Source: an uncultured Candidatus Peribacteria bacterium (GTDB lineage Bacteria; Patescibacteriota; Gracilibacteria; JAUYGZ01). From it: a stretch of DNA of 64,000 nucleotides. The stretch is from positions 152,617-216,616 of the forward strand of contig CAYGQA010000001.1 in NCBI GenBank assembly GCA_964352145.1, given 5' to 3'. The notes under the pieces were generated by a model. That model made no database searches. It was not told where the DNA came from and was given only the letters and a program-made list of their open reading frames with translations. A program made the position numbers and the translations under genes. Below are positions 16,635 through 26,882 of the stretch, one piece after another (the stretch's first letter is position 1; each line of letters opens with the position of its first letter).

Positions 16635-17930
16635 ATGAATCTCCAGATTAATCAGCTTGATATTCCTCACAGCCCACGCGAGCTTTTTTTGATGATTCCT
16701 GATGAAATTACAGGACTCGTGTACTTCTCTAGTGATGGATCTGAAGGCTCTCGATACAGTGTGATCGCTATGAATCCGGTAGAACAGTTCCGCTATGATG
16801 GTTCTCAAGTGTGGAGAAATGGGGAAAAAAGTGACAGAAGTTTTCATGAACTCATGAATGAGATCCTACGAGAGAGAAAAATCACAGCAAAGAGTCATCT
16901 CCCTTTTTTGGGAGGGCTGATTGGATCGATCGACTATGAATATGGATACGAATTAATGCAGCTGCCTAAAGCTCCAATGGGAGATCATCAAGTCTTCTGG
17001 AATGTCTACGACCATCTGCTTATCTTTGATCACCAAGAGAGTATATGGTCAGAAGTACTGAGATCCGAGACGCCAGCTTTTGCTTGGAGAGAATGGCCTG
17101 AGAGAAGAGAGAAGAAAAATCATGCTCTACAACTACAAGCCCTTTGGGATGAAGAGCAATATACCGAAGCCTTTCAAGAGGTCCATAAAAATATCCAAAA
17201 AGGGGAGATCTACCAGGCTTGTTTAAGCTTTCCTTTTGAAGGACCACAAGTACAGAGACCCCGGGAATCTTTTACTGAATTGATCGAGAGAAACCCAGCA
17301 CCCATGGCAGCTTATCTCGAGCAAGGGGACCGACAAATCCTCAGCCTGTCTCCAGAACGGTTCCTTCATTGGGATGGCTCTCGTATAGAAACAAAACCCA
17401 TCAAAGGGACTCGACCTCGTTCTTCAGATCCTTCAGAAGACTTGAAAATGCAGAAAGAACTTTTAGAAGATGAGAAAGAACGAGCTGAACTCAATATGAT
17501 CACTGATTTATTGAGGAATGATCTGTCCCAAGTCTGTGAAGCTGGCACCGTGCAAGTCTTGCTTCATCATGCCTTACAGACTTGTCCTAGTATCTGGCAT
17601 ACTTATTCACATATCGTCGGTAAAACGAAGCAGGGGATATCAGCTTGGGATATCATTCGGAAGACTTTCCCTGGAGGGTCTATCAGTGGATGTCCGAAGA
17701 GAAGAGCTTTAGAGATCCTAAGAGACTTAGAACATTCTCCTCGAGGGGTTTATACCGGTTGTATCGGATATATCAGTGACCATGGTCAGATGGACTTGAA
17801 TATTGCCATTCGCACACTAGAAAACAAGCCAACAGCAGTACGAGCAAGTTTTGGAGGAGGTATCGTCTACGATTCAGAAGCTAAAAGGGAATATCAGGAA
17901 TGTTATGATAAGGCTCGCATTTTTTTATAG
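16635..17930 (+). CDS. pabB: aminodeoxychorismate synthase component I (chorismate-binding enzyme)
   Basis: Motifs ERAELNMITDLLRNDL, FPGGSISGCPKRRALEIL and RGVYTGCIGY. The folate gene context favours PabB over TrpE. Confidence 0.8.
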   Translation: MNLQINQLDIPHSPRELFLMIPDEITGLVYFSSDGSEGSRYSVIAMNPVEQFRYDGSQVWRNGEKSDRSFHELMNEILRERKITAKSHLPFLGGLIGSIDYEYGYELMQLPKAPMGDHQVFWNVYDHLLIFDHQESIWSEVLRSETPAFAWREWPERREKKNHALQLQALWDEEQYTEAFQEVHKNIQKGEIYQACLSFPFEGPQVQRPRESFTELIERNPAPMAAYLEQGDRQILSLSPERFLHWDGSRIETKPIKGTRPRSSDPSEDLKMQKELLEDEKERAELNMITDLLRNDLSQVCEAGTVQVLLHHALQTCPSIWHTYSHIVGKTKQGISAWDIIRKTFPGGSISGCPKRRALEILRDLEHSPRGVYTGCIGYISDHGQMDLNIAIRTLENKPTAVRASFGGGIVYDSEAKREYQECYDKARIFL

Positions 17931-18463
17931 AGTTCATTGATACCCAAAGAACTCCATACCTTTATTTGCTGGGATTCCTCTGAAAAATACACTACGACCT
18001 CATAAGGGGGAATAAGAAGGAAATGCCGTTGGGCTATTTCTCTTAAGAGATCTTCTAGACGTGTTGTATGGAAGTTTATTTCTTTTAGGATAGAAGGGAT
18101 GTACGCGATGGATTGCTTGTATTCTCTTTCAAATCTTTCTTTACCGATACAGACACAGAGTTCATAGTTTGATTTTTTTGATTTGAGCATGCTGGCAAGT
18201 GCTCCTTCTTCCGCTCTACTGAGGACTGGGATTCTCTTTAACCTTTTTCCATCCGCTTCTTTTTCTTCTTGCACCTCTCCAATAGGGGAAAGCATCCAAT
18301 CGGACTCCAATAAAGTTCTTCTTTGCAGCAGCCATGCTTTTACGTTCCCGATAGCTTCTGAGACTTGTAATTCTTCCAAGCTCATTTCATTACTGCAGCT
18401 AGGTTCACTTGATAAAGCTTTATCTGATAATAATTCTTTTTTTGACATTTGTTGGTATGACAT
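17903..18463 (-). CDS. hypothetical protein (antisense-oriented insert in the folate cluster)
   Basis: 186-aa ORF. Its 3' end overlaps the pabB 3' end by 28 nt. No motif recognised. Confidence 0.45.
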   Translation of the reverse strand: MSYQQMSKKELLSDKALSSEPSCSNEMSLEELQVSEAIGNVKAWLLQRRTLLESDWMLSPIGEVQEEKEADGKRLKRIPVLSRAEEGALASMLKSKKSNYELCVCIGKERFEREYKQSIAYIPSILKEINFHTTRLEDLLREIAQRHFLLIPPYEVVVYFSEESQQIKVWSSLGINELYKKMRALS

Positions 18464-18581
18464 AACGACAATTATTTCGCCAATATAGTATCTATTTTTC
18501 TTGAAAAATCCAGCCCAGTCTCTTCAGCTTGGAGATGAGAAGCTTTCTTCTTATAATAAGAGTCAGTTTTTTCTCTTTCTT

Positions 18582-19397
18582 ATGCAGCAAATCTATACTT
18601 ACTTCGTTCCAAAAGGTTCATCGGAAGATCCTGATGGAGTCCTGAAAAATGATGCAGACTATCAGTTAGGAAAAGCTGTTTATACCTCTATCAGAACATA
18701 TGCAGGAAAGCCTTTTCGCTTAGAGAAGCATATGCTTCGATTACAAGCATCAGCTCAGTTATTAGGTATTGAGCTCAAACACCCTCTTGAAGAGATAAAA
18801 AAAGCACTTCAAGTACTGGTTTCAAAAAACACAAAAACTGAGCATTTTTTGAAAATAAGCCTCACTCCCAATAATGTCGTCATCATCTCTCGGCCTCTTC
18901 ATATCGATGAATCTATATACAAAGGTGTTTCTTTAGGGGTAGCAGAGCTTGAGAGAGAAATTGTTGAAGCCAAGACCTTTCCTACAGAGAACATCAAAAT
19001 GGCTTATGAGAAGGCTGCTTTGTCTGGTCATCATGATGTCTTACTAGTAGATAAGAAGGGAAATATCACTGAAGGATCACGATCAAATATCCTTTGGATC
19101 AAAGGAAATGCTTTGTATTTTTGTTCTCATGCACTTGGAGGCATCACTCAGGAGGAAGTCATACGTTGCGCAGCTGATCTTTTTGATACAGGAATAATCG
19201 AATGCATTCAAAAAACTTCTACAGGTCTTCCTCTTGATGAACTTGGCAACATAGATGAACTCTTCCTCACTCAAACGAGTCGAGGAATTGTACCAGTGAC
19301 TCGAGTAGGGGATATCAGTATAGCGAATGGAAAAGTTGGCCCTAAAACACTAATCCTTCGTCAGCAATTTCAAAAAAATACTCAGCACACACTATGA
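18582..19397 (+). CDS. pabC: aminodeoxychorismate lyase / class IV aminotransferase-fold protein
   Basis: Fold-type IV pattern FRLEKHMLRLQASAQLLGI. Lies between pabB and folP. Start set at ATG 18582, because the track start at 18501 is a TTG. Confidence 0.7.
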   Translation: MQQIYTYFVPKGSSEDPDGVLKNDADYQLGKAVYTSIRTYAGKPFRLEKHMLRLQASAQLLGIELKHPLEEIKKALQVLVSKNTKTEHFLKISLTPNNVVIISRPLHIDESIYKGVSLGVAELEREIVEAKTFPTENIKMAYEKAALSGHHDVLLVDKKGNITEGSRSNILWIKGNALYFCSHALGGITQEEVIRCAADLFDTGIIECIQKTSTGLPLDELGNIDELFLTQTSRGIVPVTRVGDISIANGKVGPKTLILRQQFQKNTQHTL

Positions 19398-20170
19398 CGA
19401 TCGACTTTAAAAAAAGGCTCTTAATGGGCATCTTGAATATCACTCCTGATTCTTTTTCAGACGGAGCTCAATTTATTGAAGAGAAAGAGGCTCTTCGTCG
19501 TATCGGAGAAATGCTCGAAGAGGGAGCTGATATCATCGATATCGGAGCTGAGTCTACTTTTGGACCTGAATCTCAGATCAGCCCTGAAGTAGAGTGGGAA
19601 CGACTTAAACCAGTGCTCACTCAGATCGACTATGATCGGGCATTTGTTTCTTTAGATACTTCTAAAGCAGCTGTTGCTGAGCAGGGACTCAAACTCGGTG
19701 TGCAAATGATCAATGATGTGACAGCTTTACATGGAGACGAGAGCATGATCGATGTTTTGCTGAAATACACACCCTATATCTGCTTGATGTATTCAGCTGA
19801 TAAGAGCCCATATGCGACTCGGACAGATCATCAATATGATGATGTGATTGAAACAGTTTCACAATTTTTGAAGAAACAGGCTGATCTTTTGATGAGAGCT
19901 GATTTCCCTCAAGAAAAGATCATCATTGATCCTGGCTTGGGATTCTTTCTTTCCTCAGATCCGGCTGTCAGCTGGGAAGTGATCGATCGCTTAAAGGAAC
20001 TGCGAGAGCTTGGCTTTCCTATCCTCATCGGTCCTTCTATGAAGTCTTTCTTAGGTGGAGAGATCGCTGATCGCGGACCAGCATCTGTGCTAGCCGCTCA
20101 GAAATGTTTTGAAAATGGAGCTAGCATCCTGAGGATTCATGATGTATCAGCTCATAGAGTTTTACAATAG
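19394..20170 (+). CDS. folP: dihydropteroate synthase
   Basis: Motifs GILNITPDSFSDG, DIGAEST, MINDVTAL and DPGLGF. Overlaps the pabC stop by 4 nt. Confidence 0.9.
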   Translation: MTIDFKKRLLMGILNITPDSFSDGAQFIEEKEALRRIGEMLEEGADIIDIGAESTFGPESQISPEVEWERLKPVLTQIDYDRAFVSLDTSKAAVAEQGLKLGVQMINDVTALHGDESMIDVLLKYTPYICLMYSADKSPYATRTDHQYDDVIETVSQFLKKQADLLMRADFPQEKIIIDPGLGFFLSSDPAVSWEVIDRLKELRELGFPILIGPSMKSFLGGEIADRGPASVLAAQKCFENGASILRIHDVSAHRVLQ

Positions 20171-20181
20171 GCCCCTAAAGC

Positions 20182-20211
20182 TTGACGAAAACTCACAACA
20201 CTTGCTACACT
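20182..20211 (+). promoter_or_regulatory. candidate promoter (TTGACG-18-TACACT)
   Basis: TTGACG 20182-20187, 18-nt spacer, TACACT 20206-20211. The TTG used as the ORF start in the track is part of the -35 box. Confidence 0.4.
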
Positions 20212-20238
20212 CATGTCTTGTTTGATTTACATCATCAT

Positions 20239-20844
20239 ATGCTCAAAAAAGCTGAGTCGCTCTTGAACTATAAAGTTCCTATTATAAAAGAAGAGGGTGC
20301 TTGCACTGGTTCTGACTGCATGGGCTCTTTTAATGCTGAAGAGTATCTTCCCTTTCTCCTTGATGAAGATAAGAGTGAACTCCTATTTGCAATGGATGAC
20401 TTGATGGAAGAGATGTTTGCTCTAGAGAATGTTGACTGGTGTGGAGTCTATATGAGTATACCTGCTCGAGAGCACCTTGAAGTCTATGATCCTTGTTTAC
20501 TCAAGATAAGCTACAGAGGAGCTATTAGCCGTGGTCTTTTCCCACTCACTGAAGCCTTTGCAGAAAAAAGCAATAATTCAACAGTGGCTCTCAGCGCAAA
20601 ACCTGTCACGGTAGATGATGTCCAAGACTATGTGACTTCCGGAGGTTGTTATTATGAATGTGATATGAGAGTTCGTTCGGAGTACTGTCATCCGCTCTTT
20701 GCTCATGATGGCAAGGTCGTTGGTATCGTCGATGTCGAATCGTTTACTCCGAATACTTTTTCTGATGAGGAAAGAATGCAAAAAATCCATCAGATGCTCG
20801 AATGCATAGAAGCCTTATTGAGAGCTTTTAGTGCTGATCAGTAA
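20239..20844 (+). CDS. GAF-domain protein (free methionine-R-sulfoxide reductase-like)
   Basis: VDDVQDYVTSGGCYYECDMRVRSEYCHPLFAHDGKVVGIVDVESF resembles the fRMsr/GAF core pattern DV..fpgHIaCd..s.SEivvPl...g..iGVLDiDS. Start set at ATG 20239. Confidence 0.5.
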   Translation: MLKKAESLLNYKVPIIKEEGACTGSDCMGSFNAEEYLPFLLDEDKSELLFAMDDLMEEMFALENVDWCGVYMSIPAREHLEVYDPCLLKISYRGAISRGLFPLTEAFAEKSNNSTVALSAKPVTVDDVQDYVTSGGCYYECDMRVRSEYCHPLFAHDGKVVGIVDVESFTPNTFSDEERMQKIHQMLECIEALLRAFSADQ

Positions 20845-20862
20845 AGAAAAAACTGTTACAAT

Positions 20863-20887
20863 GAGGCTACTTTTTGCCTCTTTTTTT
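20863..20887 (+). terminator. weak intrinsic terminator
   Basis: GAGGC-N8-GCCTC followed by TTTTTTT. Lies upstream of the preferred metG start. Confidence 0.4.
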
Positions 20888-20894
20888 GTATTAC

Positions 20895-22451
20895 ATGTCA
20901 GATACTGATTCAAAGACTTTTTCGATTACTACAGCTATTGCCTATGTGAATGGAGCTCCGCACATCGGACATGCTTTAGAATTCGTAGAAGCTGATTGCC
21001 TGGCTCGATACCATCGAATGATTGGAGATGATGTGTATTTTTTGACGGGTACTGATGAACATGGATCGAAAATCGTTGCAACGGCAGAGAAACAAGGAGT
21101 GAGCGTAGAAGAACTGGTAGATACCAATGCTCAGAAATTCAAAGATATGATGAGTCAGTATGCCATCCAATATGATCAATTTATCCGTACCTCTGACCAA
21201 GAAAAACACTGGCCTTCAGTGCATAAGATCTGGGAAAAGATGGCTGAAAAAGGTGATATCTACAAAGGTGAATACAAAGGTCTCTACTGTGTCGGATGTG
21301 AAGAATACAAACTTGAAAAGGACCTCGTGGAAGGGAACTGTCCGAATCATGATACGGCTCCTGAAGAGGTCGAACAGGAAAACTATTTTTTCAAACTCTC
21401 GAAGTATTCTGATCAAATTGCGGAGCTTTTGAAGTCCAAGAAACTTCGTATTGTTCCAGAGTACCGAGCGAATGAGATCATTGCTATGTGTGAGCAAGGA
21501 CTAGAAGACGTGAGTTTCTCTCGCCCAAAAGAACAACTTTCATGGGGAGTACCTGTCCCAGGTGATGAAGATCAGGTCATGTATGTCTGGTGCGATGCCC
21601 TGACGAATTATATTTCTGGGCTTGATTATGCCAATGAAGGAGAGCTATATAAGAAATACTGGCCGACTGACTGCCATGTGATTGGAAAAGATATCTTGAG
21701 ATTTCACGCTGGGATCTGGATTGGGATGCTTCTCTCTGCTGAGCTTCCACTACCGAAGGCTGAGCTCGTCCATGGATGGATTCATTTTGAAGGGGGACGG
21801 ATGAGTAAATCTAAGGGGAATGTGGTTGATCCGATCGAACTCGCAAATATCTATGGAGTAGATGCTACTCGTTATTATTTATTGGCAGAGATCCCAGTAG
21901 GAGGAGATGGGAATTTTGGATATGAGATCTTCACTAATAAAATCAACGCTGATCTGGCAAATAATCTCGGAAATTTTATCAATCGAGTGCTCTCTATGAC
22001 TGAGAGATATCTGGAAGGGAAGGTCCCCGCTCAGAAACAAGATACTCCTTCTGAGATTGATGACCTGTGGCAAGAATATCACGCTGCTTTTGTAGATTTT
22101 GATCATCAGAAAGCTGCTCAGTCACTCATCCAAGTCGTGAATATAGGGAATAAACTTATCGCTGATCTCAAACCTTGGGAAATTGCAAAAGATGAGTCAC
22201 TACAAGAAGAGCTCGCTCAACTCCTGAGAAGACTGCTCAAATTTGTACTGCATGTCGCTTTCATGCTAGAACCTTTTTGCCCAGAGAAAGCTCAGCAGAT
22301 CGCTGCAAGCTTCGAGCTTGATGACCAGCTAGATGCTACGGGACTGAAGAAATTGCAACAGAATACTTTACTTGATGAAGTCAAAATGGTCACAAAAGGA
22401 GATATTCTTTTCAATCGTGTCGAAGTACCTGAACCTTCTGAAAATGAGTAA
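20895..22451 (+). CDS. metG: methionyl-tRNA synthetase
   Basis: HIGH-type APHIGHALE, KMSKS-type RMSKSKGN, and Zn knuckle CVGCEEY...CPNH. Start set at ATG 20895. Confidence 0.9.
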   Translation: MSDTDSKTFSITTAIAYVNGAPHIGHALEFVEADCLARYHRMIGDDVYFLTGTDEHGSKIVATAEKQGVSVEELVDTNAQKFKDMMSQYAIQYDQFIRTSDQEKHWPSVHKIWEKMAEKGDIYKGEYKGLYCVGCEEYKLEKDLVEGNCPNHDTAPEEVEQENYFFKLSKYSDQIAELLKSKKLRIVPEYRANEIIAMCEQGLEDVSFSRPKEQLSWGVPVPGDEDQVMYVWCDALTNYISGLDYANEGELYKKYWPTDCHVIGKDILRFHAGIWIGMLLSAELPLPKAELVHGWIHFEGGRMSKSKGNVVDPIELANIYGVDATRYYLLAEIPVGGDGNFGYEIFTNKINADLANNLGNFINRVLSMTERYLEGKVPAQKQDTPSEIDDLWQEYHAAFVDFDHQKAAQSLIQVVNIGNKLIADLKPWEIAKDESLQEELAQLLRRLLKFVLHVAFMLEPFCPEKAQQIAASFELDDQLDATGLKKLQQNTLLDEVKMVTKGDILFNRVEVPEPSENE

Positions 22452-23028
22452 ACTTAGCGACATCGTTGATTTCATCTTTGAAATAGGTCAGCTCAAACGC
22501 ATACCACATATTGGCTGGTTTCATGCTGGTGTGCCAAATCCTGAGCGGGTAGGGGAACATGCCTTCAGGGCATCGCAGATGGCCTATATCCTCGCTGATA
22601 TGGAAGGAGCTGATGGGATGAAGACCACTCTGATGACCTTAATCCATGATAATGGAGAGGCTCGAATAGGGGACCATGATCTGGTGACTCAACAATATAT
22701 CGATGCTAAAGCTGCCGAACAAAAGGCTTTTGAAGACCAGTGTAATAAATTGCCAGATCATATCGGTGGACTCTGGGTGGACTTATTTCGTGAACGCGAA
22801 GCGAAAGAGAGCATCGAAGCGAAGTGCTCTAAGGATGCCGATATGCTTGAGCAGGCCTTCCAAGCCAAGGAATATTTAGAACAAGGTTTCCAAAATGCTC
22901 AAAAATGGATCGATAATATTCAAGACTCTTTGCATACTGACTCAGCTCGAGAACTCCTGGAAGAAATGAAAAAACGAAGTTTTATGGATTGGGCTGATTT
23001 TGCTCAGCGGACCAAAGCTAAAGGCTAA
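22444..23028 (+). CDS. HD-domain phosphohydrolase (YfbR-like)
   Basis: GEHAFRASQ...LIHDNGEARIGDHD (H..HD..D pattern). ATG 22444 overlaps the metG stop by 8 nt. Confidence 0.7.
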   Translation: MSKLSDIVDFIFEIGQLKRIPHIGWFHAGVPNPERVGEHAFRASQMAYILADMEGADGMKTTLMTLIHDNGEARIGDHDLVTQQYIDAKAAEQKAFEDQCNKLPDHIGGLWVDLFREREAKESIEAKCSKDADMLEQAFQAKEYLEQGFQNAQKWIDNIQDSLHTDSARELLEEMKKRSFMDWADFAQRTKAKG

Positions 23029-23054
23029 TGGCCAATAGCTGATAGCTCCACCAA

Positions 23055-23510
23055 TCAGTCTCCCAAATTTAAAGAAAACAGTTCGTTACGATATTTTTGA
23101 AACCCCAATCTTTCATATAGTTGCATTGCTCTATAGTTGTCTGGAGTGACTTCGAGCTGGATCATTACTGCGTTCTTAAACTTTGATTTTTTAATATATT
23201 CTATAAATCCAGAAGCTACTCCTTGAGATCTATATTTTTTCTTCACATATACCTCATCTATTGTCAGAATATTTCCACCAAATTCATTGCTCCAAAAATA
23301 AATAAGTATAGCATAACCGATCACTAATGCTTCTTTTTCAAAGACCACTATGCTTCCTCTTTCTGGTTCTTTATGAAGCACTTCAAGAGTTTTTTTAGCC
23401 TTCTTATCTGTGAAGGTCTCAGTGCCTGGATCCTCGATATAAAGAGACTTCATCATCTCTTTAAGCTCTTTGAAGTCTGTAAGTCTAAATATTCTATAAT
23501 TGACTTTCAT
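23055..23510 (-). CDS. GNAT family N-acetyltransferase
   Basis: Acetyl-CoA binding pattern RSQGVASGFIEY and LYERLGF. Confidence 0.75.
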   Translation of the reverse strand: MKVNYRIFRLTDFKELKEMMKSLYIEDPGTETFTDKKAKKTLEVLHKEPERGSIVVFEKEALVIGYAILIYFWSNEFGGNILTIDEVYVKKKYRSQGVASGFIEYIKKSKFKNAVMIQLEVTPDNYRAMQLYERLGFQKYRNELFSLNLGD

Positions 23511-23618
23511 AAATCTCTTTTAGCGATATATGAAAGATTTTACATTACTATGCCTTACTGTGTCTTCTACATTTCAGAATTTTCAGAATTTTAATTTCAC
23601 CATCTGAACATTGCCTTT

Positions 23619-24512
23619 TTATAGGTATAACTGCTTGCTTAAAAGAAAGCGAATAATGGACAGATAATTGCTTGAATATGGAGTATACAGTCTGCCAAAA
23701 GCAATCAACATGACATAACGCTTTACACAGATATCTTCTCGAAAATCTTTTTGATACCCTTGTATGAATGACTGAAGACAAATAACTTCTTCTTGGTTTT
23801 CACTCTCAGTCAAGCTTCCTTCTGCCATATCGACCCAAGCAATAGCAAGATCTAATAGAGGATCACCTGAAAAAATATCAGGATTTTTATCAAAAAGAAC
23901 AAGCTCTGCATCTTTTATAAGGACATTATTACTATGGATATCTGCATGAATGAGAGAATACTGATCATCGTTTCGCTCTAACAAAGGCTCTATAAAAAGC
24001 TCAATTTTTTTCAGTTCTTCTTTGTTTAACCCATAAGCCTTATGCTCATGGCATTTTTTCCAGGCTTTTTTTCTTTTCTTCTCTAAATATGCTGACCATG
24101 TTTGCACTTCTTTTTCAGCATTTTCTTTATAATAAAAGCATTCTTTATAATGTATTTGATGTATCTTTTGAAGAACTTCACCCCATTTTCTACAGTTTTT
24201 TGGAGTAAATCGATCTGATAGAGTTATTGAACCCTCTATATATTCAAGAAGTATCTCATTTTTTCTTAGAGACTTATCAGTGAAACTCCTTAAGGAAGGA
24301 AGCTTATGTTGAGAAAGTGTTTGATGAAAAAGAAGCTCTGTGATGAGTTCATTTTTTTCTCCACGCTTTAAGATCATTTTTTTCCCTTCTTTTTCAACGA
24401 GGAAAAGCTCAGATGAAAAACTCCCCGGCATGCTCTGAATAATTTTCATTTCATAGATATTAAGGTTTAAGAGGTGCTTCTTACAGTGTAAACCTCTCAA
24501 GGAAAATGTCAT
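23619..24512 (-). CDS. aminoglycoside/choline-kinase-like phosphotransferase (APH fold)
   Basis: Catalytic loop LIHADIHSNNVLI, and FDKNPDIFSGDPLLDLA (DxD-type). Confidence 0.65.
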   Translation of the reverse strand: MTFSLRGLHCKKHLLNLNIYEMKIIQSMPGSFSSELFLVEKEGKKMILKRGEKNELITELLFHQTLSQHKLPSLRSFTDKSLRKNEILLEYIEGSITLSDRFTPKNCRKWGEVLQKIHQIHYKECFYYKENAEKEVQTWSAYLEKKRKKAWKKCHEHKAYGLNKEELKKIELFIEPLLERNDDQYSLIHADIHSNNVLIKDAELVLFDKNPDIFSGDPLLDLAIAWVDMAEGSLTESENQEEVICLQSFIQGYQKDFREDICVKRYVMLIAFGRLYTPYSSNYLSIIRFLLSKQLYL

Positions 24513-24597
24513 CTTTCCTTCTCTACACTTCCTTATTGTGTCGTATTACATTTCGATTGAAGAGGCAATTTGTTAGATGGGAAATTGAAAATTGATC

Positions 24598-26406
24598 ATG
24601 CTATACTCTCCCTACTTAATCGCTTCTAGCTACCAGCCTCAAGCTATTAGCCACCAGCCCTCTATGAAAACCCTCTACATCGATATCGACGAACAGATCA
24701 CTGAAGTGTTGAAGAAAGTTTCTGCTCTAAAAGGAAAACAAATCCTTTTGGTCATCCCTCGTAAGGCGGTGCTTTTTAATAATGTGATTCATTTTAAACT
24801 CCTTAAAAAAACAGCCAATAAAGAAGGGAAGGAGCTCCAGATATTCACAAATGATGATAAAGGGCTCCTCATGATCGAAAAAGCTGGTATTAAAAAATAC
24901 GAAGGACATGCTAAAAAAAGAAAAACCCTCAAAAGTGCTCAGATAGCACGTCTCCCCAAAGAAGCCCCGCAACAGATGGGAACGAAAATTTCTATCACTG
25001 AGGTCTCTGAAAAATCTCGAAAGGATTCTCGCAGTCATTTAGCTTCTAGTCCACAAAAGAAGCGGAAGAAAAAAGAACAGAGAGAATGGACCACCTTCTT
25101 TCTCTTCAATACTTTGCGAAAAAAAACATTACTGGGCTTTTCGGCAGTGGCTTTGTTATTTTTCTTTTTAGTCCTTTATATCGCTATTCCTTCAGCAACT
25201 ATCTCACTCACTCCGTCGTCCAATGTCTTGGAAGGAACAGTAAATGTCATCTTCGCGGACGCAGCTAATCGTGAAGATTTGTTTCGAAACCCTAGTAATC
25301 ACAGTATCCCTACACTGCCTTTGGATCTTACTTTTGAGCAGCAAATCCTCTATAAACCTACTGGTAAAGTGTTTACTGGTTCTTTGTCGCGCTGCAATAT
25401 CAAGATCTACAACGAACGGACTTCAGCCTGGAACTTGATTCCAAAAACGCGTTTGAAAGATAATACAGGAGTGATCTTTAGGACAAAAGATGACCTAGAA
25501 GTTCCCGCAGCTCGATTTGAAGTCGTGAAAGATGAAAATGGCAATGCCTCACGACAAAAAGTACCCGGAAGCTTGATTGTTTCGGTCGTAGCTGATGAAT
25601 TCGATGAAAATGAAAATATCATCGGAGCTCGAGGAAATCTCCCTGCTGAGACAAAATTTTTCCTTCCGGGACTCTCGACCTTTAACCAGTCCCTGTTGTA
25701 TGGCGTAAATGAAAAACCTTGCCTCGGTGGAGTGACAGAATTTTATCCTATCGTCACAGAAAACGATGTCATAGCCTCTCAAGAAAAAATCATCCAAGAG
25801 TTAGAAGCCTCAGCTCTCCAGTATTTGAGAGATTTCATCGAAGGAGAAAATGTCAAAAGAGCCGAATCAGAACAAGAAGGGGAAGCCCTTTCTAAGATTG
25901 CCCTTTTTGATACCCCACAAGCCATTAAATATGAAATACTCGACACAAAAGTACCACCTGATCTGGTAGGAGAAAGGATGAGCGAATTTAGTGTTTCTGG
26001 TGAAATGAGGGTTCAAGGTATCGCTTATGAAGAACAAAGTTTCTTTGAACTCCTCGAGCAAGGACTGCTCTCCAGAGTGCACCCTCAAAAAGTCCTCTCG
26101 AGGATTGATTTTGAATCTGCTACTCAAAATATCGTGTATAGTGATTCTAATCTTGAGAGCCTGGATATGATCAAGGTGTCTGTCACTGTCAGGGGAGTAG
26201 AAGAATATAATTTTGATCCACGGACCGATGAAGGGAAAAGAGTGGTGGAGCGAATAATGCAGTATGTTCCTGGTAAAACCAGCCTAGATGCTCATTACTT
26301 CATCGCAAATCTGGAGCAAATCCAAAAAGCGAGCATCAGTATCTGGCCTTTTTGGAAAGGAGAACTACCGACCAGAAGGTCGAGTATCTCGATAAATGTG
26401 AAATAG
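24598..26406 (+). CDS. hypothetical membrane-anchored protein
   Basis: Single TM helix LLGFSAVALLFFFLVLYIAIP after a basic linker. The start is uncertain: TTG 24592, ATG 24598 or ATG 24667 (MKTLYIDID). Confidence 0.55.
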   Translation: MLYSPYLIASSYQPQAISHQPSMKTLYIDIDEQITEVLKKVSALKGKQILLVIPRKAVLFNNVIHFKLLKKTANKEGKELQIFTNDDKGLLMIEKAGIKKYEGHAKKRKTLKSAQIARLPKEAPQQMGTKISITEVSEKSRKDSRSHLASSPQKKRKKKEQREWTTFFLFNTLRKKTLLGFSAVALLFFFLVLYIAIPSATISLTPSSNVLEGTVNVIFADAANREDLFRNPSNHSIPTLPLDLTFEQQILYKPTGKVFTGSLSRCNIKIYNERTSAWNLIPKTRLKDNTGVIFRTKDDLEVPAARFEVVKDENGNASRQKVPGSLIVSVVADEFDENENIIGARGNLPAETKFFLPGLSTFNQSLLYGVNEKPCLGGVTEFYPIVTENDVIASQEKIIQELEASALQYLRDFIEGENVKRAESEQEGEALSKIALFDTPQAIKYEILDTKVPPDLVGERMSEFSVSGEMRVQGIAYEEQSFFELLEQGLLSRVHPQKVLSRIDFESATQNIVYSDSNLESLDMIKVSVTVRGVEEYNFDPRTDEGKRVVERIMQYVPGKTSLDAHYFIANLEQIQKASISIWPFWKGELPTRRSSISINVK

Positions 26407-26489
26407 AAACATCGTGAATAAAGTGCCCGTACACTTAACCTTCACTTAATGTCTGAAGAGTATCTTGAGAGTATTCTTAATTTCATACT

Positions 26490-26870
26490 ATGAAATCCCC
26501 TCATTCTTTTCGCAAACTTATTGTTTGGCAGAAGGCAAAAGAGCTCAGCCTCTATGTCTATGACAATATGTATTCATTTCCAAAGTCAGAACAACATGCT
26601 CTCTGTCCTCAGTTAAAAAGCGTCAGTTACTCCATCGTTGCCAACATTGCAGAAGGGAACAATAGAAAGTTAAAAAAAGACAGAGCTCATTTTTTTACTC
26701 TTGCTCTCTCTTCTCTGACAGAACTCGATTGCCTACTAGAGCTCAGTCACGATCTTCGATACCTGAGTGACGATGCTTATGAAGTGTTTTTAGAGGAACT
26801 CAATAAAACTCAATACCTTCTGCAAAGACTCATCAAGGGTACAGATAAAAAACTCTCTAAAAGTTCCTAA
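26490..26870 (+). CDS. four-helix-bundle protein (23S rRNA intervening-sequence protein family)
   Basis: Typical pattern FRKLIVWQKA...FPKSEQHAL..QLKSVSYSIVANIAEGNNRK...ELDCLLELS. Confidence 0.8.
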   Translation: MKSPHSFRKLIVWQKAKELSLYVYDNMYSFPKSEQHALCPQLKSVSYSIVANIAEGNNRKLKKDRAHFFTLALSSLTELDCLLELSHDLRYLSDDAYEVFLEELNKTQYLLQRLIKGTDKKLSKSS

Positions 26871-26882
26871 AGTTCTTTAGTT

